Shown here piece by piece: positions 9,130 through 21,200 of a stretch of DNA of 64,000 nucleotides. Below the pieces are notes generated by a model. The model ran no database searches. It saw only the letters and a program-made list of their open reading frames with translations, and was not told where the DNA came from. Location of the stretch: the NCBI GenBank assembly GCA_965240325.2, contig OZ251232.1:1612001-1676000 (forward strand), given 5' to 3'. Source of the DNA: Rebecca billardiae RCC1528. Lineage: Eukaryota > Protista > Haptophyta. Every line of letters starts with the position of its first letter. The first letter of the stretch is position 1. The position numbers were made by a program, and so were the translations under genes.

Positions 9130-12100
9130 ATGAAGCAGGCGTCCATCCGCAACTTCTTCGGCACGCCCGCGCCGGACGCGGGCGCCGGGGCCAGCCAGTC
9201 CGCTTCTGCCACCGCCAGCGCTGCCGTGCCGTCCGCCGCGGGCGCTGCGAAGCGCAAGGGCGCGCCGGCGCCGACGCCTGCGCCCGCGCCCAAGCAGCCG
9301 GCGCACGAGGGCGCGCGCAGCGGTGTGACTCAGCCGTCGTTCCTCGAGTACGCGTCGCCCGCGGATGCGCCCTCCTCGCAGCCCGTCCCCAAGCCGCCCT
9401 CTCCGCTCCCGCCGCTCGCCTTCCCATCCGCGCGCGGCGCGGGCGCGGCGGAGGCGCCCACCCTGTCTGCCGAGCAGCGCATGCGGATCGACGCGAAGCG
9501 GCAGGCGGCGCTCGAGCGCCGGGCGGCGCGGGACGGCGCGTCGACGGCGGCCTCGCCCGTGCTGCCCGCCGGCCGCCCACCCAGCGCCGCCGGCGCGCAC
9601 GGCGGCGGCAGCAGCGCGACTGGCAACGCGGCTGATCCCAAGGAGACCGCGCCGCGTCGTCGGCTGATCAAGCGAGCTGACCTGCCGCCAGACGACGCGG
9701 CGCCGGCACGCGCGAGCCCCGACGCGGCGCCGGAGCCCAAGCGCGCGCGTCGCGGCGCCGCCGAGCGCGCGCGCGCCAAGGCCGCCGCCGCCGCCGCCTC
9801 CTCCGCCGCCGCGGGCTCGGGCTCGGAGTACGAACCTGCCGACTCTGGCACGGAGGCGAGCGCGGGCGAGGAGGAAGACGAGGAAGAGCAGGGCAGCGAG
9901 GAGGAGAGCAAGGAGGCCGGCCCGCGCGCTCGCTCGCGCGGGGCCAACAAGGGCCGACGCGGGGCCGCCGCGCCGCGCGCGCGCGCCGCCGCGCCGCCGC
10001 GTCGCGCGGGCGGCGGCGGCGGCAGCAGCAGCGGCGCGGCGCCGTCCGCGCGCGCGGCCACGCCCGCCGCAGCGGCCAAGCGCGCGCCATCCCCCTCGCC
10101 CGCGTCCGGCGTCGCCTCCGCCGCGGCCCCCGCCGCCGCCGACGGCGGCGGCGTGTGGGAGTCCGCGCAGCCGCGCTTCCTCGCCGAGCGCCTCGACGCG
10201 CAGAAGCGGCCACCCTCGCACCCGGAATTCGACGAGCGCACGATTTTTATTCCCGCGCACGAGCTTAAGAGCCTCACCGCCGCGCAGCAGCAGTACTGGA
10301 CGATCAAGAAGGAGAACATGGTGCGCTGCGCCGCGGGCGGCGGCGGCGCGGCCCCGCCCTGCCCACGCGCCCGCCGCGCGGCGCACGCGCGTGCGCGCCG
10401 AGCCTGCGGCCGCTCACTCCGCCCCACTGCCGCCGGTGCGGCGCGGCCGCGCTCGCGCCCGCCTGCGTTCGCCCGTGGTGCGTGGGCCGCCTGCCCCGGG
10501 TCGACGCTGTCCCGCCGTGCCAGGACACGGTCCTCTTCTTCAAGATGGGCAAGTTCTACGAGCTGTTCGAGGACGACGCGCACGTGGGCCACCGCGAGCT
10601 CGAGCTCAACTACATGGGCAAGGGCCGCCCGCACACCGGCTTCCCCGAAGCGGCACTTTCTAAATACGCAGAACAGCTTGTCGGGCGCGGGTATAGGGTG
10701 GGCGTGGTCGAGCAGACCGAGACGCCCGCGCAGCTCGCGCTGCGGAACAAGGAGGCCAAGGCGCGCGACCCGCGCGCGAAGCAGGACAAGGCGGTGCGCC
10801 GCGAGCTGTGCTCCATGCTCTCCGCCGGCACGCTCACCTCCGCCGAGCTCGCCGGCCCAGAAACCCGCTGGCTCCTCGCAATCACCCAGGAGGCCCCGGC
10901 GGCGCCGCCACCGCCGCCGCAGCAGTCGGACGCGACGGCGCGTGGCGGCGCGGCGTCGGGCGCGGGCGCGGACGGCGGCGGCGTGCTGCGCACGGCCGGC
11001 CGATTCGGCGTGTGCCTGCTCGACGCGGCGGCGAACCGCATCGTCGCCGGCTCGTTCGAAGACTCGCCGACGCACACGCGTCTGCGCACGCTCCTCGCCG
11101 AGTGCTGCCCCGCCGAGGCGCTGCTCGACGCCGAAGCACTTTCGGCCGACGCGTCGCTGCTCGTGCGGCTCGCCGTGCCGCGGCAGCAGGTGAGCGCGGT
11201 GCGCGGCGCCGACGCGTTCTGGGGCGCCGAGCGCACGGCGGCGGAGCTGAGCGAGGCGCGCTACTTCGACGGCAGCGCGGAAGGCTGGCCTCGCGCGCTG
11301 CGCGAATGGGCGCCCGAGGGGGCGCGAGTCGCGCCCGCGCGCGCGGACGCTGACGGCAGCGCGCCCGCGGGCGCGGAGCCGCCCGCGCTCGACGCGCTCG
11401 CGATGCGCGCGCTTGGCGGCTGCGTGCGCTACCTCCGCCGCCTGCTGCTCGACGCGGAGCTGCTCTCACTCGGGCGCGTCGAGCACTTCGCGCCCGCGGG
11501 CGCCGCGGCCGCGGGCTCGCGCGCCGAGGGCGTCGGCCTCGGCGGCGCGCGCTGCCTCGCGCTCGACTCCCAGGCACTGGCGAACCTCGAGGTGCTCGCC
11601 AACTCGGCGGACGGCGGGCGGCGCGGCACGCTGCTCGACACGCTCGACCGCACGTGCACGGTGTGGGGCGCGCGCGCGCTGCGCGGCTGGCTCTGCCGCC
11701 CGCTCGCCGCCGCGGCAGACATCCGCCGCCGCCAGGCCGCTATCGCTGAGCTGATAGCAACGTCGGACGAGCTCGGGCGCGCGCGCGTGCGGCTGCGCAA
11801 GCTGCCCGATCTGGAGCGGCTGCTGGCGCGCATCCACTCGCTCGGGGCGAAGCGGACGGACGAGCGCGCCACCTTCTACGGCGACGTGCCGAAGCAGCGG
11901 CTGCGCGAGCTGATCAAGACTCTGCGCGCGCTGCGCGAGCTGCACGACGTCGTGCTGCAGGAGCTCGCGCCGCGCGTGGCCGCGGACGAGGCCGCGGCGG
12001 GCACGGCGGGCGGCGGCTGCGCGGACGGCGGCTGGCGCTCCGCACTGCTCGTGCACGCGTGCACGCCGGGGCTCGGGTACCCCGCCGACGTCGACGCGGC

Positions 12101-13954
12101 GCTCTCGGCCTTCGAGCGCCGCGCGGACTGGGACGCTGCGTGGGAACACGGGCGCGTGCGCCCGCCGCCGGGCGCCGACGTCGAATTTGACGAAGCGCAG
12201 GCGGCGGTGTCGGGCGCCGAGGCGGCCCTCGAGCGCGAGCGCTCGGCCGTCGCCGACGTGCTCGGCGAGCGGGTGGAGCGGCTGCCGTGGTTCATGGCGG
12301 GCGGTGCGCGCGGCGCTCGGCGCGCGCCCGCGCCGCCTTCCTGCGCACGCGCCGCGCGCTCGCTCGCTCGCGCGCCGAGCCGACGCGCGCTCCTGCCGCG
12401 TGCGCCGCGCTGCTGCGCGCGGTTGCCCGCCCGCCCGCCCGCCCGCCCCTCGCCGCGGCGCGCGTGCAGGCGCGTCCGCTCGCGAGTCGTTCCAGGTCGA
12501 GGTCTCGGAGTCGGTGCTCGAGCGCTTCTCGCGCTCCGGCGGCCACCTGCCCGCGCAATGGACGCTCATGTCCAGTAAGAAAGGCTATCGGCGCTTCCAT
12601 ACGCCCGGCATCACGGCCGCCATCGCCGAGCTCGAGCTCGCGCGCGGCCGGTTGGAGGAGGCGCTGCGCGCGGTCAGCCGGAAGCTGTTCACCGACTTCG
12701 CGGCGCAGCACGCGCTGTGGAGCGCGTGCGTGCGCTGCGTGTCCGAGCTCGACTGCCTCATGTCGCTCGCGATCGCGTCGGCGAGCACGCCTGGCCTTAG
12801 CCGACCGACCATCGTCGAGCGCGCGGACGTGCCAGGCGGCGGTGCGATGCTTGCCGTGCGCGGCGGCTGGCACCTGTGCTCGGTGGCCGCACGGCCGGGC
12901 GGGCTCAGCAGCTTCGTGCCCAACGACCTCGCCCTCGGCGCGCCGCCTGACGGGCTGGGCGACGCGCGGGCGGAGCCGCTGCCGCGCTGCGCGCTGATCA
13001 CCGGGCCGAACATGGGAGGCAAGTCCACCGTACTGCGACAGACGGCACTCATCGTGCTCATGGCGCAGCTGGGCGCGCACGTGCCCGCGGCGCACGCGGA
13101 GCTCACGCCCGCCGACGCGATCTACACGCGCGTCGGCGCGGCGGACCGGATCCTCGCCGGCCAGTCGACGTTCCGGGTGGAGCTCGAGGAGGCCTCCGAA
13201 ATCCTTCACGGCGCCACGGCGGACTCGCTCGTCATCCTTGACGAGCTGGGTGCGTCGCCTCGCCCCCGTCTGCCCCGCAGCGCGCGCCGTGCGCACCGCG
13301 CACCGCGCACCGCGCGCACCGCGCACCGCGCACCGCGCCTCGGCGGGCGTGCCGTGTTGCTCCGCGCCCAGCGCTCACTCGCCCTCGCACGCGCCCGCGC
13401 CCGCCCCCGCGCGCGCAGGCCGCGGCACCGCCACGTTCGACGGCATGGCCATCGCAGACGCGGTGCTCTCGCGCCTCGCGCGCGCGACGCACTGCCGCAC
13501 CCTCTTCGCCACGCACTACCACCTGCTCGCGCGGCAGTACGAGGGCCCGAACCCGCACGCGGCTCTGTACCGCATGGCGTGCGCCGTGGACGAGGCGAGC
13601 CGCGAGGTCACGTTTCTGTACCGGCTCGAGCGCGGCGCATGCTCGCGCTCGCACGGCGTGAACGTCGCGCGGCTCGCCGGGCTGCCGCCCTCGTTGCTCA
13701 AGTGCGCCGCCTCGCGCTCGGAGCACATGGAGGCGGCGCACAACGACGTCGCGCGCGGCGCCGAGGGCGCCTCGACGCGCGCGCGCGCCGCCGAGCTCGG
13801 CCGCCAGGTGGCTGCCGCGACCGCGGCCGCGTCGCGCGCCGGGGCGCCGCCCGCCGCTGCGGAGGCGGCGCTCGCCGAGCTGCGCGCTCTGCAGGCGGAG
13901 GCGCGCGCGCTGCTCGCGCACGCGGCCCGCGCCAGCACGCGTGACGGCGCGTGA
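9130..13954 (+). CDS. MSH6: DNA mismatch repair protein MSH6 (MutS-alpha subunit), 4 exons
   Basis: N-terminal PIP box [36 protein letters not shown] Walker [18 protein letters not shown]|RGT and FATHYH. Introns 10321-10523, 12304-12469 and 13250-13418 join the frames. Confidence 0.95.
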
Positions 13955-14646
13955 AGGCCGAGTGCACGCGCTGAGTGCCCGGAGCTTCGCGCCGCCCTGC
14001 GCCGTGCGCATGGAGGACGAGCAGGCTTCGTCCGTCCCGGGCCCAGTCCGCATATCCGCCGCATATCGTCATCGTCGGGCGAATGGGCCGACACGGCTCG
14101 GCTAGACGCCGGTCGTCGGTCGACCACGCCCCGCTGCCACTCATTACTCAACCATCAACCGACGACGCAACAGCTGCGAGGACGCACATCAGGCGCGCTT
14201 CCCATGCACTAGCCGCAACCGAATCATCCGGCTATCGTCGGCGTCGCTGCCATCGCGGCGGCCATCGCGCAGCGGGCCGCCGCATCAGATCGTCAGAGGC
14301 AGTCAGGCAGATCGATGAGCGGCGGACGATCCATCGGACATGCCACATGTGGCACATGGCGCGTCGTCTGGCGCGCGCGATATGCTGACGCTCGTCTCTA
14401 GCTATTATTAATAAAATCTATATATAGTAGCTAGTAGCGTAGTATAGTAGCGCGTACTAAGACTACTGCTGGCAACTATACTGACACCACTGATGCTCGA
14501 TCGACCTCGCGCGGCCGCCAGAAGTACTCAGACTCAGTAGTCGTAGAGCGCGGCAGCCAGTGCGCGAGCACTGAGCAGGCGCCCGCCCGAGGCTCGTACG
14601 TGCCGTTATGTCGGTTATGTGTACGTATCATGCGCCTGTGCGGGCC

Positions 14647-16362
14647 TCACGCAGGCTCGCAGCCGCTCGGGCACACCGCATCCCTCCCGCCAGCGCCGCT
14701 CCCGGCAGGCGCGCCGAATGCGCCAAAGAGTAGACGAGCGCGCGCGCGGCCGCGGCCGCGGCGGCCTCGGCGCGCAAAGCCACGGAGCGCGCGCAGCGCG
14801 CGCGCGGCTGGGATCCGCCCCGGCGTGGGTACACAGCCCTGTGGGCAGCGCACGCCCTCGTCGGGCGGCGGCAGGCTCGGCGGCGGCGAGCTCGGCGGCG
14901 GCGGGCTCGGCGGGCTCTGAGGCTCGGACGCCAGCGCGACGCGCAGCAGCCCGACTCCCGCCGGCAGCTCAGAGCGCAGGGCGGAGCCGAAGGCGTCGCT
15001 CAGAACGACGGCGGCCGCCTCGGCCTCCGCGCCGTGCGCCACGGCGGCCTGCACGTCGACCACCGCGGGGGCGGCCCCGTCGCGCAGCTGCGCGCTCACC
15101 GCGTCGGCGCGCACCCCGAGCGCGCTCGCCGTGCGCTGCGTGACCGCGCCGATCACGCCGGGCAGGAGCGGCGAGGCCGGCTGCAGCTCAGCATCCAAGT
15201 ACACACCAAACGTGATGGTGGGAAGTCCGGGCGGCGGCGGTGAGGGCGGCGGGCTCGGCGGCGGGCTCGGCGGCACGTGCTTCGGCCAGTCCGCGCTGAT
15301 TCCCGTCGAGTACACGCCGCCGTAGTAGTGCAGCCCGCCGCGCGCGCCCGGCAGCGCGCTCTCGACTTCGTCAAAAGCCGCCTCCATGCCCGCCTGCGTG
15401 CGCACGCCGGTCGTGCACGAGTACTCGACGGGGTCGCCGTCCGCCGCGACCTTCTTGTGCGGCGCGAAGGAGAGGCGGCAGTCGGAGTTGGGGTTGAGGT
15501 ACGCGAGCACGTAGAACTGCTTGTCGCCCGCCGCGCCGCCGTGCGCGGCGAGCCAGTACGGGTGGCCCGCGGTGGTCGCGCGCGCCGCCATCGTCGCGCC
15601 GACGTTCCAGGCGACCTGAACATCCACCGAGTCCGTGATGTTGATCATGTGCTCCGTGGGCAGGGCGGAGGCGTTGGGCTGGCCGGGGGGCGCCCACAGC
15701 ATCGGCGTGGGCGTCGAGTCGCAGTTCGACCAGTGCCACCCGATCGAGAAGTGCAGCGGCAGCGGCGCCGCGGCCAGCTTAGTCTCCCAGAGGTCCTCCA
15801 GGATGGCTGCCGCGCCCGCCATGCACTTGACCGCGGAGAAGTGCTCGTTGTTCACGGCGACGCCGTCGAACGCGGGCGCGAGGCCGTCGGCGGGGCAGCT
15901 CACCGCGAGCGAGTCGCACAGCACGTTGTGCGCGTGCGCCATCGGCGCCATCGTCTTCTCCGAGAAGGCGGCGTCGCTGACGGCGAAGAGCGCATACACC
16001 TCGATGCCGAGCGCGCGCGCCTCGCACAGCGTGTCGGCGAGGACGGGGTCGCAGTACCCACCCGTCGTCGCGTCCTCGAGCTTGGTCTTGACGGACGAGA
16101 GGAAGATACGCGTCACCTCGCGGCCGGGCCGCGTGCACGCCGCCCACAGCTCGGCGCGCCGCTCGGCCGTCTCCCACGCCGGGTGGAAGCACTCTGGGTG
16201 CGTCGACTTGGAGCGGTACACGCCGGCGCAGCTGAGGGCGGGGTCGGGGTCGAACGCGTCGTTCCACACGTACATCGAGTAGTTCGCCGCGCCGACGCCG
16301 CGCGGCGCCGCGCATGCGAGGACGAGCGCCACGCCGAGGGCGCGGGCACGCGAAGCCGGCAT
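14647..16362 (-). CDS. Secreted Cys-rich protein with possible glycoside-hydrolase-like domain and SPPP extensin-like linkers
   Basis: Signal-peptide-like start (MPASRARALGVALVLACAA), globular region with FDGVAVNNEH, PPSPPPSPPP repeats, and C-terminal CPQGC...RLLFG...CPSGC. Confidence 0.65.
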   Translation of the reverse strand: MPASRARALGVALVLACAAPRGVGAANYSMYVWNDAFDPDPALSCAGVYRSKSTHPECFHPAWETAERRAELWAACTRPGREVTRIFLSSVKTKLEDATTGGYCDPVLADTLCEARALGIEVYALFAVSDAAFSEKTMAPMAHAHNVLCDSLAVSCPADGLAPAFDGVAVNNEHFSAVKCMAGAAAILEDLWETKLAAAPLPLHFSIGWHWSNCDSTPTPMLWAPPGQPNASALPTEHMINITDSVDVQVAWNVGATMAARATTAGHPYWLAAHGGAAGDKQFYVLAYLNPNSDCRLSFAPHKKVAADGDPVEYSCTTGVRTQAGMEAAFDEVESALPGARGGLHYYGGVYSTGISADWPKHVPPSPPPSPPPSPPPPGLPTITFGVYLDAELQPASPLLPGVIGAVTQRTASALGVRADAVSAQLRDGAAPAVVDVQAAVAHGAEAEAAAVVLSDAFGSALRSELPAGVGLLRVALASEPQSPPSPPPPSSPPPSLPPPDEGVRCPQGCVPTPGRIPAARALRALRGFARRGRRGRGRARARLLFGAFGAPAGSGAGGRDAVCPSGCEPA

Positions 16363-16522
16363 GGACCCGGCGTGGACCCTTTCCAACCGCGCCGGTCGCG
16401 GGCCGCGGCGAATTACCCACCATTGCGCCCACACTGCTCAAGTTTCTGGCTGCTCACGAGCGCAGATTTAGCAGAACGTTCGTCTTCCACGCCGCAACTT
16501 CTGCCGAATCGCTTCGGAACAG

Positions 16523-17938
16523 TCACACGGGGAGGTAGCGCGTGCCGCCAGGCCCCGACGGCCACTGCGAACTCGTCATCGTGTACAGGACGCCGTCGAG
16601 CTGCAGCCCCTCGAGCACGCGCAAGAATGTGCCCTCGTCGGGCGGCGGATACGCGCGCGAGGAGGGCGCATCCTCCTGCTTCAGCGGCGCTGCGGCCGGC
16701 GCGCCGGCACCGCCGCCGCTGGGCGCTGCGCCCGCGCATGCCGCTGCCGCTGCGGCGCGCAGCTGGTCCAAGGTGCAGCCGCCCACACGGTCGCGCGCGG
16801 CCGCCGAGAGGGCGGCGACGATGCCCCCCGCGATGCGCCCCTCGACGGCCGTGGCATCACACGGCGCCGTCTCGGGGGCATCGCCGCCCGCTTTCACCTC
16901 ACTGCCTGCACCCGGCGGCGGCATGGCGTGTGCGGCGCGCGGCGGCGGCGGCGGCGCGGCGGGCCTGGCGGCCATGGCAGGCCCCGCCGCCGCCGCCGAC
17001 GGTGGTGGCTGGCTGCGCGGCTTGCTCTCCTCGCCGGCGTGCGCCGCGCGCATCCGCTCGATCTGCTCGAGGCGCAGCTCCCCCTTCGCGCCCCAGCCCG
17101 CCTTTCCGTCCGGTATTTGCGGCCGAAACTGGGTATACAGCTGGTAGCTACGACGTCCGCCGTCCGCGCGGAGCGCGTCCGCGCCGACCGCGTGCGCGAG
17201 CGCGCGGAAGGCCGCGTGGGCTGCGGCGAAGCCGGGCTCGCCGAAGGCGTTGGCGAGCGAGCGGTACACGTGCGTCGGGTGCACCTCGTCGTACCCGTCG
17301 CCGGCCGAGCGCGCGGATAGCCCGCGCCAGCCGTGCTCGGTGCGTACAGCTGGCGCGCTCTCCCCAAGCAGCCGTGGCGATTCGTGCGGCCGCGCGGCGT
17401 TTGGCGGGAGCGGCGGGAGCTCGCGCGAGGGGACGAGGTCGAGCCGGCGGCCTTTGGCGTGCGCAAAGCGCGCGGCGATCGCGCTCGCGAGCGAGAGCGC
17501 CTCGCTCCACTCGAGGCCCTGCTCGCACGCCACGACCGTCGCCCACAGAATCATGACAGGCGATCGATTCACGCTGAGCACGGCCGTGCGGCATGCGGAC
17601 GGGTCGGGTGGCGGCGGCGGCGGCGGCGGCGCGTGGGGGCTCAGCTTTGTGCGCTTTGAAGGCGAGCCATCGCCGCGTTCCACGCCGCCCGCCGCCCCTT
17701 GCGGCAGCAGCGTGGGCATGCGCTGCAGTGCGGCACACAGCTTTTTGTGCAGACGCTTGTTCGTCACGATCTGGCGGAGGCGCTCGGGCGTGAGCGCGGC
17801 GATCGCCGCGCGGTCGGGGACGCCGGCCTCGACCAGCTGCTTCGCCGCGGCGAACGCCTCAGTCGGCTCGACCTTCGCCGCGAAGAGGAAGTCCAGCAGC
17901 TGGTGCAGCTCGGGCGCCGCTGTCGCCGCCGCAGCCAT
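16523..17938 (-). CDS. Conserved hypothetical protein (VNRSPVMILW...FRP...GWGAKG domain) with possible C-terminal winged helix
   Basis: Long ORF with globular segments. The central motif pattern resembles, from memory, an uncharacterised family in bacteria and fungi. ATG at 17938. Confidence 0.65.
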   Translation of the reverse strand: MAAAATAAPELHQLLDFLFAAKVEPTEAFAAAKQLVEAGVPDRAAIAALTPERLRQIVTNKRLHKKLCAALQRMPTLLPQGAAGGVERGDGSPSKRTKLSPHAPPPPPPPPDPSACRTAVLSVNRSPVMILWATVVACEQGLEWSEALSLASAIAARFAHAKGRRLDLVPSRELPPLPPNAARPHESPRLLGESAPAVRTEHGWRGLSARSAGDGYDEVHPTHVYRSLANAFGEPGFAAAHAAFRALAHAVGADALRADGGRRSYQLYTQFRPQIPDGKAGWGAKGELRLEQIERMRAAHAGEESKPRSQPPPSAAAAGPAMAARPAAPPPPPRAAHAMPPPGAGSEVKAGGDAPETAPCDATAVEGRIAGGIVAALSAAARDRVGGCTLDQLRAAAAAACAGAAPSGGGAGAPAAAPLKQEDAPSSRAYPPPDEGTFLRVLEGLQLDGVLYTMTSSQWPSGPGGTRYLPV

Positions 17939-18292
17939 GGACGCAGGCGGCACTCAGATAAAAGTCATAAAACCCCAAAAGACGAAAACTGAAAAAGCTG
18001 TCAGAAAGCGCCGTTTCTTTTTCACGCTCGAGTTCAGAAAGACCGTTCGCCGCAAGTCGGTTTCGCGGCGGTTGTTCCGACTGGTGTTCTGGCCGGCTTG
18101 ACGAACCTTTTGCGCAGGTCTCGCCAACCGCTGCTTGCTCACAAGGCGAGGCAGATGAACTGCTAAGTAGCGGCAAGGCTAGACGGGGGCCGCCATGGCT
18201 TGTTAGGCTGTCGGCGGGCCACACAGACCCAGTAACACCCGGGGTGTGCTCGCGGCGGCTCGCGCGCAGGGCGCGCGGGTGAGGGCGCCGCG

Positions 18293-21200
18293 ATGCACGC
18301 GGCGGTCAACGCTCGCCGGCGCAAGCGGGAGCTCTCCACGGAGCAGGCCGCCACTGAGATCCAGCGGCACGCGCGCGGCTACATTGCGCGCAAGGAGATC
18401 GCGCACGCCATCCTGGAGGAGCAGATCTCGGGCTCGCGAGGGCACTCGGAGAACGGCGAGCCGCATCGGCGCTCCTCACGCGGGCCCAAGCGCCCACCCC
18501 TCGAGCGCGACAAGCACAAGTCGACCGCGGCGCAGCTCGTGCGCGCGGCGACCATCATCGTCAGCGGCGAAGGCGAGTACCCGGAGGGGACGGACGTGGA
18601 CGGGCTGGTGCTCACGCGCGCGTACGCGCCGCGCGCGCTGGGCTTCCTGAGCATGCACAACCCGATCCGCCGCGCCGCGATCCGGCTGACGCAGCACCGC
18701 GCCTTCGAGACGATCGTGATGACGACCATCATCGCCAACTGCGTCTCGATGGCGCTGTGGCGGCCCGACTATGGCGGCTCGGCGCTCGAGGGCGTGCTGG
18801 CGGTGGCGGAGGACGTGTTCCTGTACGCCTTCTCGATCGAGGCGGGGCTCAAGATCACCAGCCTCGGCTTCGCCGGCTCCGAGCACGCCTACCTCCACGA
18901 CCGTTGGAACGGCCTCGACTTTATCGTCGTCGCCTCGAGTTGGATCACGTTTGGAGCCGACAGGCTGCTGAGCGCGGACGGCGCGCTCGGCACGGTGGTG
19001 GTGGGGCGCGGCGTGGTCGCGCAGTTCCGCGCGGCGCGCGTGCTCCGCGCGGTGCGCTCGTTCACGCTCTTCCCCGCGCTGCGCAAGGACGTCGAGTGCC
19101 TGCTCAAGTCGATGCACGTACGCGCGCGACGCGCGACGCGCGATGCGCGACACACACCACCGTGCGGCGACCGCCGGCGCGGCGCGCGCGGCACGGGCGC
19201 GCGCGCGGCCCAGTCGGCGGGTGGCCTGGCGTGCGCCACGTCCCGCGCGCTGCGCGGCGGCCACCGTGCCCGCCACGCGCCGCCGCGCCGGCCGTCGCGC
19301 GCGCGTGTCGCTCACACTCGCACCGGCACGACGCGCCCGCGCGCCTGCCGCCGCTTCCGTGCCGCCGCCCGCCGCCGCGCAGGGCGTGATCCGTGGGTAC
19401 GCCGTGCTGCTCGTCTTCTTCCTCGCGTTCTTCTCGGTCCTCGGCCTATACCTCTTCGGCGGCGCGCTGCGCCACCGCTGCGCGCTGCTGCCCTCGGCTG
19501 CGGACGGCCCGCCGTACGAATGGACTTACGACGATGGCGTAGCATGCTCGACCGACGCGCGCGCGGCGGACGTGGGCGTGCCCTGGCTCGCGGGGCGCGC
19601 GTGCCCAGAGGGCTCGGTGTGCGTCGAGTCGCCCTCCTCGCCCAACTACGGCCTCACCTCCTTCGACCACATCGGCGTCTCCATGCTGACGCTCTTCCAG
19701 TGCATGACGGGCGAAGACTGGACGGGTGTGATGTATCTGGTGATGGACGCGACCTCGCCGCTGTACCTGCTCTACTTCCTCACGTTCATGTTCGTGGGGT
19801 ACTTCATCGTGCTCAACCTGCTCCTCGCCGTGATCGACGACGTGTACCACCAGCTCTCCGAAGCGTACGACGCCCGGCTGGAGGCGAGCGCGGGCGCGGC
19901 CGAGTCGCTGCCGCCGTCGCCCGAGCCATACAGGCCGCGCGCGGCGACGGTGCCGGCCGAGGCGCCGCAGCCGCCGCCGCCGCAGCTGCAGCCGTCGGCG
20001 AGCAGCGTCACCTTCCCCGAGCCCTCGCCGCCCGGCGGGCGTGCCGGCGTGCCGGCCGAGCCCTCCGCGCGCGCGCGCGCGCCCTCGCCGCCGCCGGCCG
20101 TTCGCTCGAGCTCACGGAGGGGCTCGGCCGCGCAGGCGATTGGATTAGACGTGACGCCGCCTCCGCGCGCGCAGCGGGCGCAGCCCGCGCGCGGCGCGCT
20201 CGAGCGCCGCTCGAAGGGCAAGTCGACGCACGTGCTCGCGCGCGACGCCTGGTACCTGCTGCGCCGCCGGCTGATACGGCTCGGCAAGCGCATCGACGGC
20301 GCGGCGGGTCGGCTGCCGGGCGCGGCGCGCGCCCAGGCGGCGTGCACGCACATCGCGGAGTCGCGCTTCTTCGCGTACTCGATCTTCCTGCTGATCCTCG
20401 CGAACACGGTGACGATGAGCACCGAGCGGCCGTACATGGCCGCCGCGACCGCGCGCAACCTCGGCTACGTCAACCTGATCTACATTGTGTGCTTTGCGCT
20501 CGAGATGGGCGTGAAGCTGGTCGCCCTCGGCGTGACCAAGTACTGCACCGACTCGCTCAACGTGTTCGACGCGCTGGTGGTGATCCTCTCGCTGCTCGAG
20601 TACGTGCTCGCGACCGCGGCGCGCTCGGTCACCGCCTTCGGCGCGATCCGCTCGCTCCGCACCTTCCGCCTGCTGCGCGTCTTCAAGCTCGCGCGCTCGT
20701 GGTCGTCGTTTCGCGAGCTACTGATTACGGTGCGGCGCTCGATCGCGGCGGTGCGCAACTTTTTGCTGCTGCTCTTCCTGTTCATCTTCATCTTCGCGCT
20801 GTGGGGGCTGCACGCGTTCGGCGGCGCGTTCGACCTGCCGAGCTGGGACGGCGGCGAGAAGCCGCGCGCGCACTTCGACGGCTTCTTCGTCGCGTTTGTC
20901 ACGGTGTTCCAAGTGCTGACAACCGAGAACTGGCCTGGCGTCATGTATACGATCTTCAGGGCGACGGGCGATGGCGCGAGCGTGGTGTACTTCATCGTGG
21001 TGCTCGTGCTGGGCAACTGGATGGTGCTCACGCTCTTCCTCGCCCGGCTGCTCTCCAACTTCCCCACCGCCTCGACCTCGTCGTTCCAGCAGGAGCTGCA
21101 GCTCATGCAGCTGCCCACCACGGCGGAGCGCGCGACGGGCGGCGGTGGCGACGTTGGCGGTGGCGGCGACGGCGACGGCACGCCGCGCGTCTTGCCGGCC

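Noticed and set aside
8152-11193. 1013-aa plus-strand ORF as a single gene
   Set aside because: Its 5' third is antisense to the NYN gene and its 3' part reads through an intron. Only 9130-10320 is MSH6 exon 1.
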